Below, piece by piece: positions 1-8,974 of a DNA stretch of 64,000 bases (position 1 is its first letter; each line of letters opens with the position of its first letter). This DNA comes from Limisphaerales bacterium. Its GTDB lineage: Bacteria; Verrucomicrobiota; Verrucomicrobiia; Limisphaerales; SIBE01. Location of the stretch: the NCBI GenBank assembly GCA_044225505.1, contig JBGAIN010000015.1:1-64000 (forward strand), read 5' to 3'. The position numbers were made by a program, and so were the translations under genes. The notes below the pieces were generated by a model. The model was not told the DNA's origin. It was given only the letters and a program-made list of their open reading frames with translations, and did no database searches.

Positions 1-173
1 CTGCGTTGGTGACGTGCGGTCTGAGTCGGTCGGGGCAGGGTAGGACCTGGGACCGCGTTGGTTCCGGGTTTGCCCGTGGTTGAGTCCTAGCGGTTCGCGG
101 GATGGCCCTCTTTGCTGGCCGGATTTCTGTCCAGGACGATCTCGTGAATAAAACGGAGCTTATCTACTGCCTC

Positions 174-1184
174 CTACCAGAGAACGAACGGATAGTGGAC
201 GAGTATACCCAAACCCCGGTTGAATTCATTCAGCGCATACGTCAGGGGAAGCCAGTGGTGCAAAATTCGATCAAAGCTGGAATCGTTCTCGGCGACGGCT
301 TTTGGATTGGCCGTCATGGCTTTGGCATCGGGATGTTTGGGTTTGAGGCTGACGCCGAAACTGGCTGCCGTTTCTAGCGTGTCGCGAATGTGCAGGTAAT
401 GAGCCCACGTCTCGGCCCAATCTTCCCATGGGTGTGCGCTGGCGTAGGCGCTGACATGGTGCAAGGGCCACTCGGCATTGGGACCTTGTTGGTAATAAGC
501 GGCCAGGGCTTGTCCGTAATCCCGGGATTCGTCACCGAAGAGTCGACGGAATGGATCTGATAGAGGTGTATTGGCGATAAGTTGATCCCAATAGTAATGG
601 GCAATCTCGTGGCGGAAGTGCCCGAGCAGGGTCCGGTAAGGCTCATGCAAACTGACGCGCCGCTCCTCGCGAACGGCGTCATCTGCTTCAGCGATATTGA
701 GCGTGATAAGGCCTTGGCTATGCCCGCTCAACACGGGCGGCCCGCCAGGAGGGTCGGCCAGAAAACTAAAACGAAGAGGAGCGCGTTGTTCGGAAACATT
801 TCCTTCCACTGGAAGTTGCAGCTGGATCAGAGTGTAGATCAAGCGCCGTTTCGCGGTCTCCAACTTAAACCACCGTTCCCGGTTTTCTGGCAAGGAAAGG
901 TCCGGAATAGTCTGGTTCAAACGGCATGAATAGCAGAGTGGGTTTGCGTCGGAGTCTGGGATCAGCCAGTTACAGGTCTGGTACTGAATGGCGTTTTGGC
1001 AGGAGCGATACTGCTGGCCTTTGGCGACCGGTGAAAGGGCTCGCCACGCCTTATCGTTCTCTGCCTCCAACGTGCTGATGTCCAGGGCATCGGGGAGAAA
1101 GCCAAGGGATTTTTGGCACTTTATACATTTTACGTTTTCGAAGAAGACAAGGCTGCCGCACTCGTCGCAGGAGAAGATTTTCAT
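174..1184 (-). CDS. Putative zinc-binding metallopeptidase with N-terminal zinc ribbon (DUF2248/Peptidase_Mx-like); likely truncated by an in-frame TAG at 174-176, with the frame continuing to 87
   Basis: N-terminal CxxC...CxxC, CYSCRLN, HEPYRTLLGHFRHEIAHYYW (HExxH) and YASAHPWEDWAETWAHYLH are typical of this family. After the TAG the frame reads EAVDKLRFIHEIV, the usual C-terminal motif. Confidence 0.85.
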   Translation of the reverse strand: MKIFSCDECGSLVFFENVKCIKCQKSLGFLPDALDISTLEAENDKAWRALSPVAKGQQYRSCQNAIQYQTCNWLIPDSDANPLCYSCRLNQTIPDLSLPENRERWFKLETAKRRLIYTLIQLQLPVEGNVSEQRAPLRFSFLADPPGGPPVLSGHSQGLITLNIAEADDAVREERRVSLHEPYRTLLGHFRHEIAHYYWDQLIANTPLSDPFRRLFGDESRDYGQALAAYYQQGPNAEWPLHHVSAYASAHPWEDWAETWAHYLHIRDTLETAASFGVSLKPKHPDAKAMTANPKAVAENDSSFDRILHHWLPLTYALNEFNRGLGILVHYPFVLW

Positions 1185-2101
1185 CGCATGGAAACCGCAG
1201 CAGAATCGGTGGCGATGGACTCGCCAGCGACCACGTCGACGCTCACATGCAAACGGTGGTCGTCGCCCCCCAGGAGCACGCCTCGGACCGGGCTAACGTC
1301 ACTAAAATCGCGGCCCCACGCGACACGGATATGCTGCATCAAAGGCATCACGTTGTTTGTAGGATCAATATCCAACCACCCTAGCCCAGGGCAATAAAAC
1401 GAAACCCAGGCATGTGACGCGTCCGCCCCCACTAACTTGACTTGTCCGGGTGGCGGCAGCGTCTCCAAATATCCGCTAATGTAGCGCGCTGGCAAGCCCA
1501 GGCTCCGCAGACAGGCGATGAGTAAGTGGGCGAAGTCCTGGCACACTCCCCGACGCTGGTCCATGACTTGTTGGAGCGGAGTGCTGACGGTGGTCGCGGT
1601 AGGGTCAAACTTAAAATCCGCGTGAATGCGGCGCGAAAGGTCCAGAACCGCGTCCAAGATCGGCCGGTCGGCCGGGAATGACTCCTCGGCATAGGCAAAA
1701 AACTGTGGCTCGCGCGGGACGAGGGGGGAGGCAAACGTGAACTCGGTTGCTTCCAGCGCGGGGACCGAGCGGTCACTGTCGCACAGCGTGCGGACACTCT
1801 CCCACCCTGGCGTTTCGGCCGCCTCGGGAATAAAGGAAGGGGCGATGCCCACCCGGCTTCGCGCGGAGATGACTAAGCGCCGGTGTGCGCCTTCGAGCGT
1901 GACAAAGGTCACTTCATTACCAAAGTAGTCTTTGCGTCGACTCAACGCGGCGGGAACGGGATCGATGGAAATCTCGTGCGAGATGGGAATTTGACGAGGC
2001 AAGGTGCGCGGGCTCAGGCGGAGGAGATGATGGCCGACCGTGACGGGCGAACGGTATTCGTAGGTGGTGACGTGCGAGATCTCAAACAGTTGCGCCTTCA
2101 T
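1181..2101 (-). CDS. Transglutaminase-like protein (Bact_transglu_N + transglutaminase core)
   Basis: GVCQDFAH (catalytic Cys), ARYISGY, ASHAW (His), WLDIDPTN (Asp), GRDFSDVSP; 4-nt overlap with the peptidase gene. Confidence 0.93.
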   Translation of the reverse strand: MKAQLFEISHVTTYEYRSPVTVGHHLLRLSPRTLPRQIPISHEISIDPVPAALSRRKDYFGNEVTFVTLEGAHRRLVISARSRVGIAPSFIPEAAETPGWESVRTLCDSDRSVPALEATEFTFASPLVPREPQFFAYAEESFPADRPILDAVLDLSRRIHADFKFDPTATTVSTPLQQVMDQRRGVCQDFAHLLIACLRSLGLPARYISGYLETLPPPGQVKLVGADASHAWVSFYCPGLGWLDIDPTNNVMPLMQHIRVAWGRDFSDVSPVRGVLLGGDDHRLHVSVDVVAGESIATDSAAVSMR

Positions 2102-4630
2102 TTAGTTCGGCCGGGGTTGAACGTGGCTGAAAAACAAGTGGGTCAGGACTTCGGACATCTCGCTTAACCCGTGTGCGAAAGTGGAGAGGAAGGCCAGTGT
2201 CTCTGGGTTGGACTCCGCCGCGGACAGCGTTACGGGATCGAGTCCTTGCAACGATTTCACCAATCGTCCGACCCGATCGACAACATCGCGAACTCCTTCC
2301 GGATGAATCCCCGTCGGCAAGGCCCGGGCGTGTTCTTCGATGCGAAGAATCTGAAACGCCAGGGATCTGGGATTGGCCGGTTCCGTCAAGAGAAGGTCCA
2401 GCAGCCCGTCGAGTCTGGGGAGAGCAAAGTAGCGCCAGCGGTAAGTCATCATGGAATCCGCGATTTCCAGGACCGGTTCAAACAGAAGTTCCAGCTCTTC
2501 ATGGTGGACGACGACCGCATCGATCAGTCGAATGACTCCCAGAGCACGTTCTAGGCGACGCCCTAAATCGAGAAACGCCCACCCAAACCCGCGCGTAATA
2601 TTCTCCATTTCCATGCCGCTGAACCCGGCCAGATCCAAAATGAGCCCATTGAGTAAGCCCGCGGCTTGTACCAGAGGCAACGGGCCCAACCGCGGCGGTG
2701 CTGTGGTCCCGATGCGCATGAGCAATCCCCAGGTGTCGGCCGAGAGGCGGTGGCGGAGAGAAAACGCTCCCAGGCGTATTCGCTTGCAGAGCTCTCGAAT
2801 GCTGGAGGCATCTTCTTCGCCCGTCAGCAGCCGCAGAACCTCCCCTTGCAAGCTCTCCCGCACGGCCGCGGACGAAAGCGGGTGTTTGAGTAACTCGACG
2901 CGCATCAGCAAATGTCCTAGCGCTGCGAAATCCGTATCGCTTCCAGGCCCAGCTTCATCAGATAGGCGATTCACGACGCAACGCGCAATGCGGGTGCGGT
3001 ATTCCAACCGCTCGGTATAGCGGCCCATCCAAAAGAAGTTGTCCGCTGCACGGCTGGGCAGGTCGGCGGGGGAACGTTCGACAATGGGAGGGAGAGCAGG
3101 GGCGCCGGTGTGGATCGTTGGCCCGTCTGTGGGTTGGGGCTGCAGGACCCACACGTCTTTGCTCGGCCCGCGCATGGTCATGGCCACGGATCCAATGCAA
3201 TCTCCGTCAATGACTCGGGCTAGGCCTCCTGGGACCGCGGTGTAGGAATTGCCGTCAAAAAGGACAAACATGCGCAAGATACACGCTCGGGTAGACCAGC
3301 TTCCATTGGCGAAAACCGGCGCTTGGGATGCCCGGATGGGAAGTTGCCCTACCCATTCGTGCCCGGCGAAGTCCTGGCCGGCCAGAAGAGGCTCGGATTC
3401 TTTGTGTCCGGTGGGGCGAAGATGAAACGCCGAGCAAAGCGCAAGGCGATGGTTGTGCTGGCGAACAAATTCGCGGTCCCTGCGTTCACCGCACCACCAG
3501 GTCGGGATCGAGGGCAGCTTTAACTCCTCATCGAGTAAATGCCGGCAGAGAGACTCTGTGTACGGTAGGAATCCCGGGCTTTCCAGCAAGCCGCTGCCCA
3601 AACTGTTCGTGACGGCGACATGGCCTGCCCGCGCGGCTTCGACCAGTCCGGGAACGCCCAGCAGGGAGTCACTCCGCAGCTCGAGTGGATCGCAAAACGA
3701 GTCGTTGACCCGGCGCCACACCACATCCACGGGGCGTAGTCCATTGAGGTTTTTTAGCATGACGCGGCGGTCTCGCACACTGAGGTCGGCGCCTTCCGCG
3801 AGCGATAATCCGAGCAGACGAGCGACATAGGCGTCTTCAAAGTAAGCCTCGTTGGCCGGACCGGGCGTTAAAAGGACCACATCTGGATTTTCGGTGGGAC
3901 GACCGAGCAACCATTGAAAAAGATCGCGCCGGAGACGGAGGCTCTCGCTCAACGGGCTCGGTTGGGCTGTTCGCAACGCTTCCGGTAGAATGCGGGCAGT
4001 AATGCTTCGGCCTTCTTGGGCGAACCCGAGTCCGACCGGAGCTTGGGTGCGGTCCGCGAGGACGTGCCAGTGGCCTTCTGGATCACGGACCAAGTCAGCG
4101 GCGTAGCTATGGAGGTAAGCGGCTCCCGGTACGTGCATCGCCTGGCATGCGCGAAGGTAAGCGGGATTGGCGTAGATCAACGGAGCTGGAATGAATCCGT
4201 CCCGGACGAGGCGCTGCACCGAATAGAGGTCGTGTAAGACGGCATTCAGCAAACGGGCACGCTGGACTAATCCGGCCGAAAGCCGCTGCCACTCCTCGGC
4301 AGACAGGACAAAGGGCATGAAATCCAGGTCCCATAATCGTTCCGCCATCCCTGGCTCACGGGTCGCTCCGTAGGTCACCCCTTGCTCCCGCAGCATCCGT
4401 CGCCCGTTCTCGACGCGAATGGCGAAGTGCTCCGCTCCGAGTCTCTGGATCGAATGAACTAGCCCCTGCCAAGCGGGCCGGACGTGCCCTTCGGCATTAA
4501 GCGCTTCGTTAAACGCGCCACGGACTGGAGTGGCCTGCAAGCCGGCCGGTCCAGTCCACTCCCCGTGCGGGGACTCCGTGAGACTGCTCATGTTGGAGCG
4601 CAGGCTACCGGAGAGCGCACTCTGGAGCAA
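2102..4630 (-). CDS. Circularly permuted ATP-grasp protein fused to a C-terminal alpha-E domain (alternative start ATG at 4591)
   Basis: VLADRTQAP, VVLLTPGP, DPLELRSDSLLGVPGL, PGGLARV and SKDVWV, then alpha-E motifs SRAADNFFWMGRYTER, LGRRLERA and NPRSLAFQ. Confidence 0.9.
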   Translation of the reverse strand: MLQSALSGSLRSNMSSLTESPHGEWTGPAGLQATPVRGAFNEALNAEGHVRPAWQGLVHSIQRLGAEHFAIRVENGRRMLREQGVTYGATREPGMAERLWDLDFMPFVLSAEEWQRLSAGLVQRARLLNAVLHDLYSVQRLVRDGFIPAPLIYANPAYLRACQAMHVPGAAYLHSYAADLVRDPEGHWHVLADRTQAPVGLGFAQEGRSITARILPEALRTAQPSPLSESLRLRRDLFQWLLGRPTENPDVVLLTPGPANEAYFEDAYVARLLGLSLAEGADLSVRDRRVMLKNLNGLRPVDVVWRRVNDSFCDPLELRSDSLLGVPGLVEAARAGHVAVTNSLGSGLLESPGFLPYTESLCRHLLDEELKLPSIPTWWCGERRDREFVRQHNHRLALCSAFHLRPTGHKESEPLLAGQDFAGHEWVGQLPIRASQAPVFANGSWSTRACILRMFVLFDGNSYTAVPGGLARVIDGDCIGSVAMTMRGPSKDVWVLQPQPTDGPTIHTGAPALPPIVERSPADLPSRAADNFFWMGRYTERLEYRTRIARCVVNRLSDEAGPGSDTDFAALGHLLMRVELLKHPLSSAAVRESLQGEVLRLLTGEEDASSIRELCKRIRLGAFSLRHRLSADTWGLLMRIGTTAPPRLGPLPLVQAAGLLNGLILDLAGFSGMEMENITRGFGWAFLDLGRRLERALGVIRLIDAVVVHHEELELLFEPVLEIADSMMTYRWRYFALPRLDGLLDLLLTEPANPRSLAFQILRIEEHARALPTGIHPEGVRDVVDRVGRLVKSLQGLDPVTLSAAESNPETLAFLSTFAHGLSEMSEVLTHLFFSHVQPRPN

Positions 4631-7600
4631 CTAAGCGCGTCGCAAATCTAACGTAAACGGAAAATCATGCGTCAGCGCGGCGGGATGAGGCACGACTTTG
4701 CCTCCGGTATGGCCAATCCTCTCAAAACGGGCCAGGCGCCGACTTTCGGCTTCATACGCATTGACTGGGAAAGTGCCATAACTACGGCCGCCAGGGTGAA
4801 CCACATGATAGGTGCACCCGCCAAGACTGCGATTATTCCACGTATCCAGAATGTCGAAGGTCAACGGCGAGTGCACTCCAATCGTAGGGTGCAAACATTC
4901 GGGCGGCTGCCATGCGCGAAAGCGGACCCCGGCCACAAACTCGCTCGCAACTCCGGTCGGATGCAAGGGGATGGTATGCCCGTTGCACGTGATGATGTGC
5001 CGCGAATTGGTCAGGCCCCGGGCTTTTACCTGCAAACGCTCCACGGATGAATCCACATACCTAACGGTGCTTCCGGCAAAGCCTTGTTCTCCGAGAACGT
5101 GCCAAGGTTCCAGGGCTTGCCGGACTTCCAGTTGAATTCCGCGATAAGCGACATCGCCATACTTCGGAAACCGAAACTCGTAATGCGGGGCAAACCACTC
5201 CGGCTTGAGCGGAAAGTCGTTTTGTTGCAGGTCTTCCAACACATCATTGAAGTCAAGTTCGAGGAAGTGCGGAAGCATGAACCGGTCGTGGAGTTGCGTG
5301 CCCCAGCGCACGAGCGGCTGTTTGTAAGGGCTGCGCCAGAACCGGGCGATCAGAGATCGCAGGAGGAGATTCTGCGTCAGACTCATCTCGGCATGGGGCG
5401 GCATTTCAAAAGCGCGCAACTCCAATAATCCGAGGCGCCCGGTGCTGCCATCCGGTGAGAAGAGTTTGTCAATGCAGAACTCGGCACGATGCGTGTTGCC
5501 CGTCGAGTCGACCAGCAGGTTTCTAAAGATGCGGTCGACGAGCCATGGGGGACTGTCTCGACCGTCGCGAATCTGCTGAAACGCGATTTCCAATTCATAA
5601 AGGGAATCCTGGCGCGCTTCGTCCACTCGAGGATGCTGACTGGTAGGCCCTACGAATAATCCGGAGAACAGAAACGAGAGCGAAGGGTGGTTCTGCCAGA
5701 AACATGCGAGACTCCGAAGCAAGTCAGGACGACGCAAGAGTGGACTGTCCGCGGGCGTGCTTCCACCTACGACAATATGATTGCCGCCGCCCGTTCCAAC
5801 ATGCCGCCCATCCATCATGAATTTCTCCGTGCCGAGCCGGGACAAGCGAGCTTCGTCATAGATCGCACGGGTTTGGGCGACCTGGTCGTCCCAGCTCGTG
5901 ACGGGAGGAACGTTGACTTCTATCACGCCGGGGTCCGGCGTAACTTTGAGAACGTTCAACCGAGGGTCATGGGGCGGTTTCTCGCCTTCGATGACAACCG
6001 GCAAGCCCAGTTCCCGAGCCGTCGTTTCAATCGCGGTAATGAGCTGTAAGTAATCCTCGGTCGTTTGGACTGGGGGCATGAAAACGTGCAAGCGACCTTG
6101 GCGCGGTTCCACACACAAGGCCGTTCGGACGATCCAATCGGCGGACACCTTTGCCCCCGGGCGTTGCGCGGCGCCAAGTGCGAGCGTGCCTTCTGCAGAT
6201 CGAAGCGCGGCATGAGTTGTGCGCGGAGCCATGACCATTTGCCGCAGTTCCTCTGGCTTGGGCAGCTCTGGAAACGCACCCATTGGATCCGGTGGAGTGA
6301 CATACGGGTAGTCGCTTTTACTCACCCAAGGGAGCGAGTCGAGGGGGAGCCGCAATCCCATGGGAGACTCCCCGGGAAATAGATAACAACGCTCTCGGCG
6401 GAGGAACCATGGTCCACTCGACCATCGGGATCCGGAGGCTTCCGTCACTCGCTGCAACGGGAGGGCATAACCCACGACGGCCTGCAGGCCTTGGTCGAAG
6501 ATCCGAGCAAGCCGTTCCCGCTCTTCTTTTTCCTCGAGCTTCGAATCGAGGGGATCGACATTGGTCGGGAGGCGCCTCTCCCTCCAAAGATAATACCAAA
6601 TGTCTTCGTAACCAGGCATGACATGGTCAGGCTGGACCTCCAGGTTACGCGCCAGTTGGTTGATAAACGCTTCAGCGTCTTTGGCCGTGTGCGAATAGTC
6701 TTGGGAAGTCTCGGCTAGGAGAGCGTCGTCTTTCCATACTGGTTGCCCATCTTTGCGCCAATAGCATCCCAACGCCCAACGGGGCAAGGATTCTCCCGGA
6801 TACCATTTTCCTTGTCCAAAGTGTAGGAGCCCGCCCGGTGCAAAGCGCTTTTTCAGGCGGCGAATGAGCGTATCGGAAAGCCGCAACTTCTCCTCGCCCA
6901 CAGCGGTGAAGTTCCACTCTTCCCCATCCATATTATCGATGGAGATAAAAGTCGGTTCGCCCCCCATACTCAGCCGGACATCCTGGGCGAGAAGCTCCGC
7001 ATCGACCTGGCGGCCAGTTTGCTCGATTTCAGCCCACTGGGCTTCGGTGTAAGGTTTTGTGACGCGAGGCGATTCGAAAATCCGCGTGATCGCCATCTCA
7101 TGCGTGAATTTAGCTTCGCATTCGTCAACAAGACCGTCGATGGGCGCGGCGGTCGACGGTTCTGGGGTGCAGGCGAGTGGCAAATGACCTTCGCCAGCCA
7201 ACAGGCCCGAAGTCGGATCCAAACCGATCCATCCGGCGCCCGGCAGAAATACTTCACACCAAGCGTGCAAATCGGTGAAGTCATGGGAAGTCCCGCTCGG
7301 ACCATCCAGTGCTTTCAGATCCGGCTTCAACTGGATGAGATACCCTGAGACAAACCGGGCAGCGAGACCCAAGTTGCGCAAGAGCGCGACGAGCAACCAC
7401 GAGGTATCGCGACAAGATCCTGAGCGCCGTTGCAGGGTCTGTTCCGGGGTTTGAACACCCGGCTCGAGTCGGATGACATAGGCGATGTCCTGCGAAAGCT
7501 TGCGATTGATCTCTACAAGAAAGTCGATCGTCCGTTGCGGCTTGACTGAGACCGTCGAGAGATAGCTGGCCAGCAATGGGCCAGGCGAGCTGAAATCGAG

Positions 7601-7951
7601 AAATGGCTTCAAATCTCGTTTTAAGCCAGCTTCATACTGAAATGGGAAATTCTCCGCCTCGGGCTCGAGGAAAAAGTCAAACGGGTTGTATACGGACATC
7701 TCCGCGACCAGGTCGACCTCGACGAGCAGTTCCGTGGTCTTATCCGGGAAGACAACCCTAGCGAGGTAATTTCCAAAGGGGTCTTGTTGCCAGTTCAGGA
7801 ACTGTTTTTTGGGTGCGACCCTCAGGGAGTAGCTCAGGATGCGCGTACGACAGTGGGCTGCCGGACGCAACCGAATCACGTGTGGCGAATGCGATACCGG
7901 GCGGTCGTAGGCGTAGTGGGAACGATGGTGAAGGGCAACGTGGATTGACAT
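4631..7951 (-). CDS. Transglutaminase + DUF2126 (putative COOH-NH2 amidoligase) fusion, 1106 aa
   Basis: GSCRDTSWLL, ARFVSGYLIQL, DFTDLHAWCEVFLPGAGWIGLDPT, then MGGEPTF, TPDPGVIEVN, GTGGGNH, GNTHRAEFCIDK and LELRAFEMPP. Confidence 0.93.
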   Translation of the reverse strand: MSIHVALHHRSHYAYDRPVSHSPHVIRLRPAAHCRTRILSYSLRVAPKKQFLNWQQDPFGNYLARVVFPDKTTELLVEVDLVAEMSVYNPFDFFLEPEAENFPFQYEAGLKRDLKPFLDFSSPGPLLASYLSTVSVKPQRTIDFLVEINRKLSQDIAYVIRLEPGVQTPEQTLQRRSGSCRDTSWLLVALLRNLGLAARFVSGYLIQLKPDLKALDGPSGTSHDFTDLHAWCEVFLPGAGWIGLDPTSGLLAGEGHLPLACTPEPSTAAPIDGLVDECEAKFTHEMAITRIFESPRVTKPYTEAQWAEIEQTGRQVDAELLAQDVRLSMGGEPTFISIDNMDGEEWNFTAVGEEKLRLSDTLIRRLKKRFAPGGLLHFGQGKWYPGESLPRWALGCYWRKDGQPVWKDDALLAETSQDYSHTAKDAEAFINQLARNLEVQPDHVMPGYEDIWYYLWRERRLPTNVDPLDSKLEEKEERERLARIFDQGLQAVVGYALPLQRVTEASGSRWSSGPWFLRRERCYLFPGESPMGLRLPLDSLPWVSKSDYPYVTPPDPMGAFPELPKPEELRQMVMAPRTTHAALRSAEGTLALGAAQRPGAKVSADWIVRTALCVEPRQGRLHVFMPPVQTTEDYLQLITAIETTARELGLPVVIEGEKPPHDPRLNVLKVTPDPGVIEVNVPPVTSWDDQVAQTRAIYDEARLSRLGTEKFMMDGRHVGTGGGNHIVVGGSTPADSPLLRRPDLLRSLACFWQNHPSLSFLFSGLFVGPTSQHPRVDEARQDSLYELEIAFQQIRDGRDSPPWLVDRIFRNLLVDSTGNTHRAEFCIDKLFSPDGSTGRLGLLELRAFEMPPHAEMSLTQNLLLRSLIARFWRSPYKQPLVRWGTQLHDRFMLPHFLELDFNDVLEDLQQNDFPLKPEWFAPHYEFRFPKYGDVAYRGIQLEVRQALEPWHVLGEQGFAGSTVRYVDSSVERLQVKARGLTNSRHIITCNGHTIPLHPTGVASEFVAGVRFRAWQPPECLHPTIGVHSPLTFDILDTWNNRSLGGCTYHVVHPGGRSYGTFPVNAYEAESRRLARFERIGHTGGKVVPHPAALTHDFPFTLDLRRA

Positions 7952-7987
7952 GCGCGAAATGCTCGGACTCAGCGGCGAAGTTCGAGA

Positions 7988-8974
7988 TTATTGGCTGTGC
8001 TGCAAAAGAGATTTCTTTCCCATCTCCGGTCGACGCAGAGCGAAGAAGGTCTCGTAAATGCCGTGAGCTACTTTGTTCATTCGGGTCTGGAGATCATCAA
8101 GATACTCGTGAAGCCCCCATTGAATGACCTCGTCGACGTTCGCGTAGGCCAAGTCTGAACAAAGCTGACCGATCAGCTTTTCGGCCGGGTTCTTGAAGGC
8201 GCCCAGCGGTGTCCGGGATATGGCGTGCAGCGAATGCTGCGCTCGGTCCATGCAAAAGCGGATCGCTCGCGGGAACTCACTATCCAAGAGTAGGAACTCA
8301 ACGATCCGGGTCGGCGCGATTCGTCCATGCCTCTTCCGATACATTTCAAAGGCGCTAGCCGAACGGAGAACAGCCGCCCATTGGATTTCATCCAGAGGCG
8401 TCCCCACATCTGCGACCGATCGAAGCAGAAGATAATACTTCACATCTAGGATACGGGATGTTTTATCAGCCCGTTCTAGCATTCGTCCCAAATGCAGAAA
8501 ATGCCACGGCTCACCGTGGGTCATCGTGGCGTCGGTAATCCCGGCGAAAAGCTGGCTGGACTCCTTGACCTGCGCGTAAAATTCATTGGGCTTGGCCGAG
8601 GCGTCGGGACGGAGCGACGCATCCTTGACCATCAGGTAAAACGTATTGACCTGTTCCCACATTTCGGACGAGATAATTTCGCGAATGGATCGCGCATTCT
8701 CGCGCGCCGCCCGCAGACACGAGAGTATCGAATTGCCGTTATTGGGATCGAACGTCAGAAAATGGATGACGTTCTCCCGCGTTGCCGCTCCGAAACGCTT
8801 GGCAAAGACCTCATCGTCGCCGGTTGTCTTCACCAGCGGTTGCCATTGTTCTTCCCGTCCAACCGGGGCGTCGAGCACTAGATTTAAGGTGACATCGACG
8901 AAGCGCGCCACGTTTTCCGCTCGTTCCACGTAGCGGCTCATCCAATGAATGGAATCGGCAACTCGGCTAAGCAT
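7988..8974 (-). CDS. Stand-alone alpha-E domain protein (DUF403)
   Basis: MLSRVADSIHWMSRYVERAENVAR, ARENARSIRE, LERADKTSRILDVKY, FPRAIRF. Start is placed at ATG 8974, which overlaps the upstream stop. Confidence 0.92.
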   Translation of the reverse strand: MLSRVADSIHWMSRYVERAENVARFVDVTLNLVLDAPVGREEQWQPLVKTTGDDEVFAKRFGAATRENVIHFLTFDPNNGNSILSCLRAARENARSIREIISSEMWEQVNTFYLMVKDASLRPDASAKPNEFYAQVKESSQLFAGITDATMTHGEPWHFLHLGRMLERADKTSRILDVKYYLLLRSVADVGTPLDEIQWAAVLRSASAFEMYRKRHGRIAPTRIVEFLLLDSEFPRAIRFCMDRAQHSLHAISRTPLGAFKNPAEKLIGQLCSDLAYANVDEVIQWGLHEYLDDLQTRMNKVAHGIYETFFALRRPEMGKKSLLQHSQ

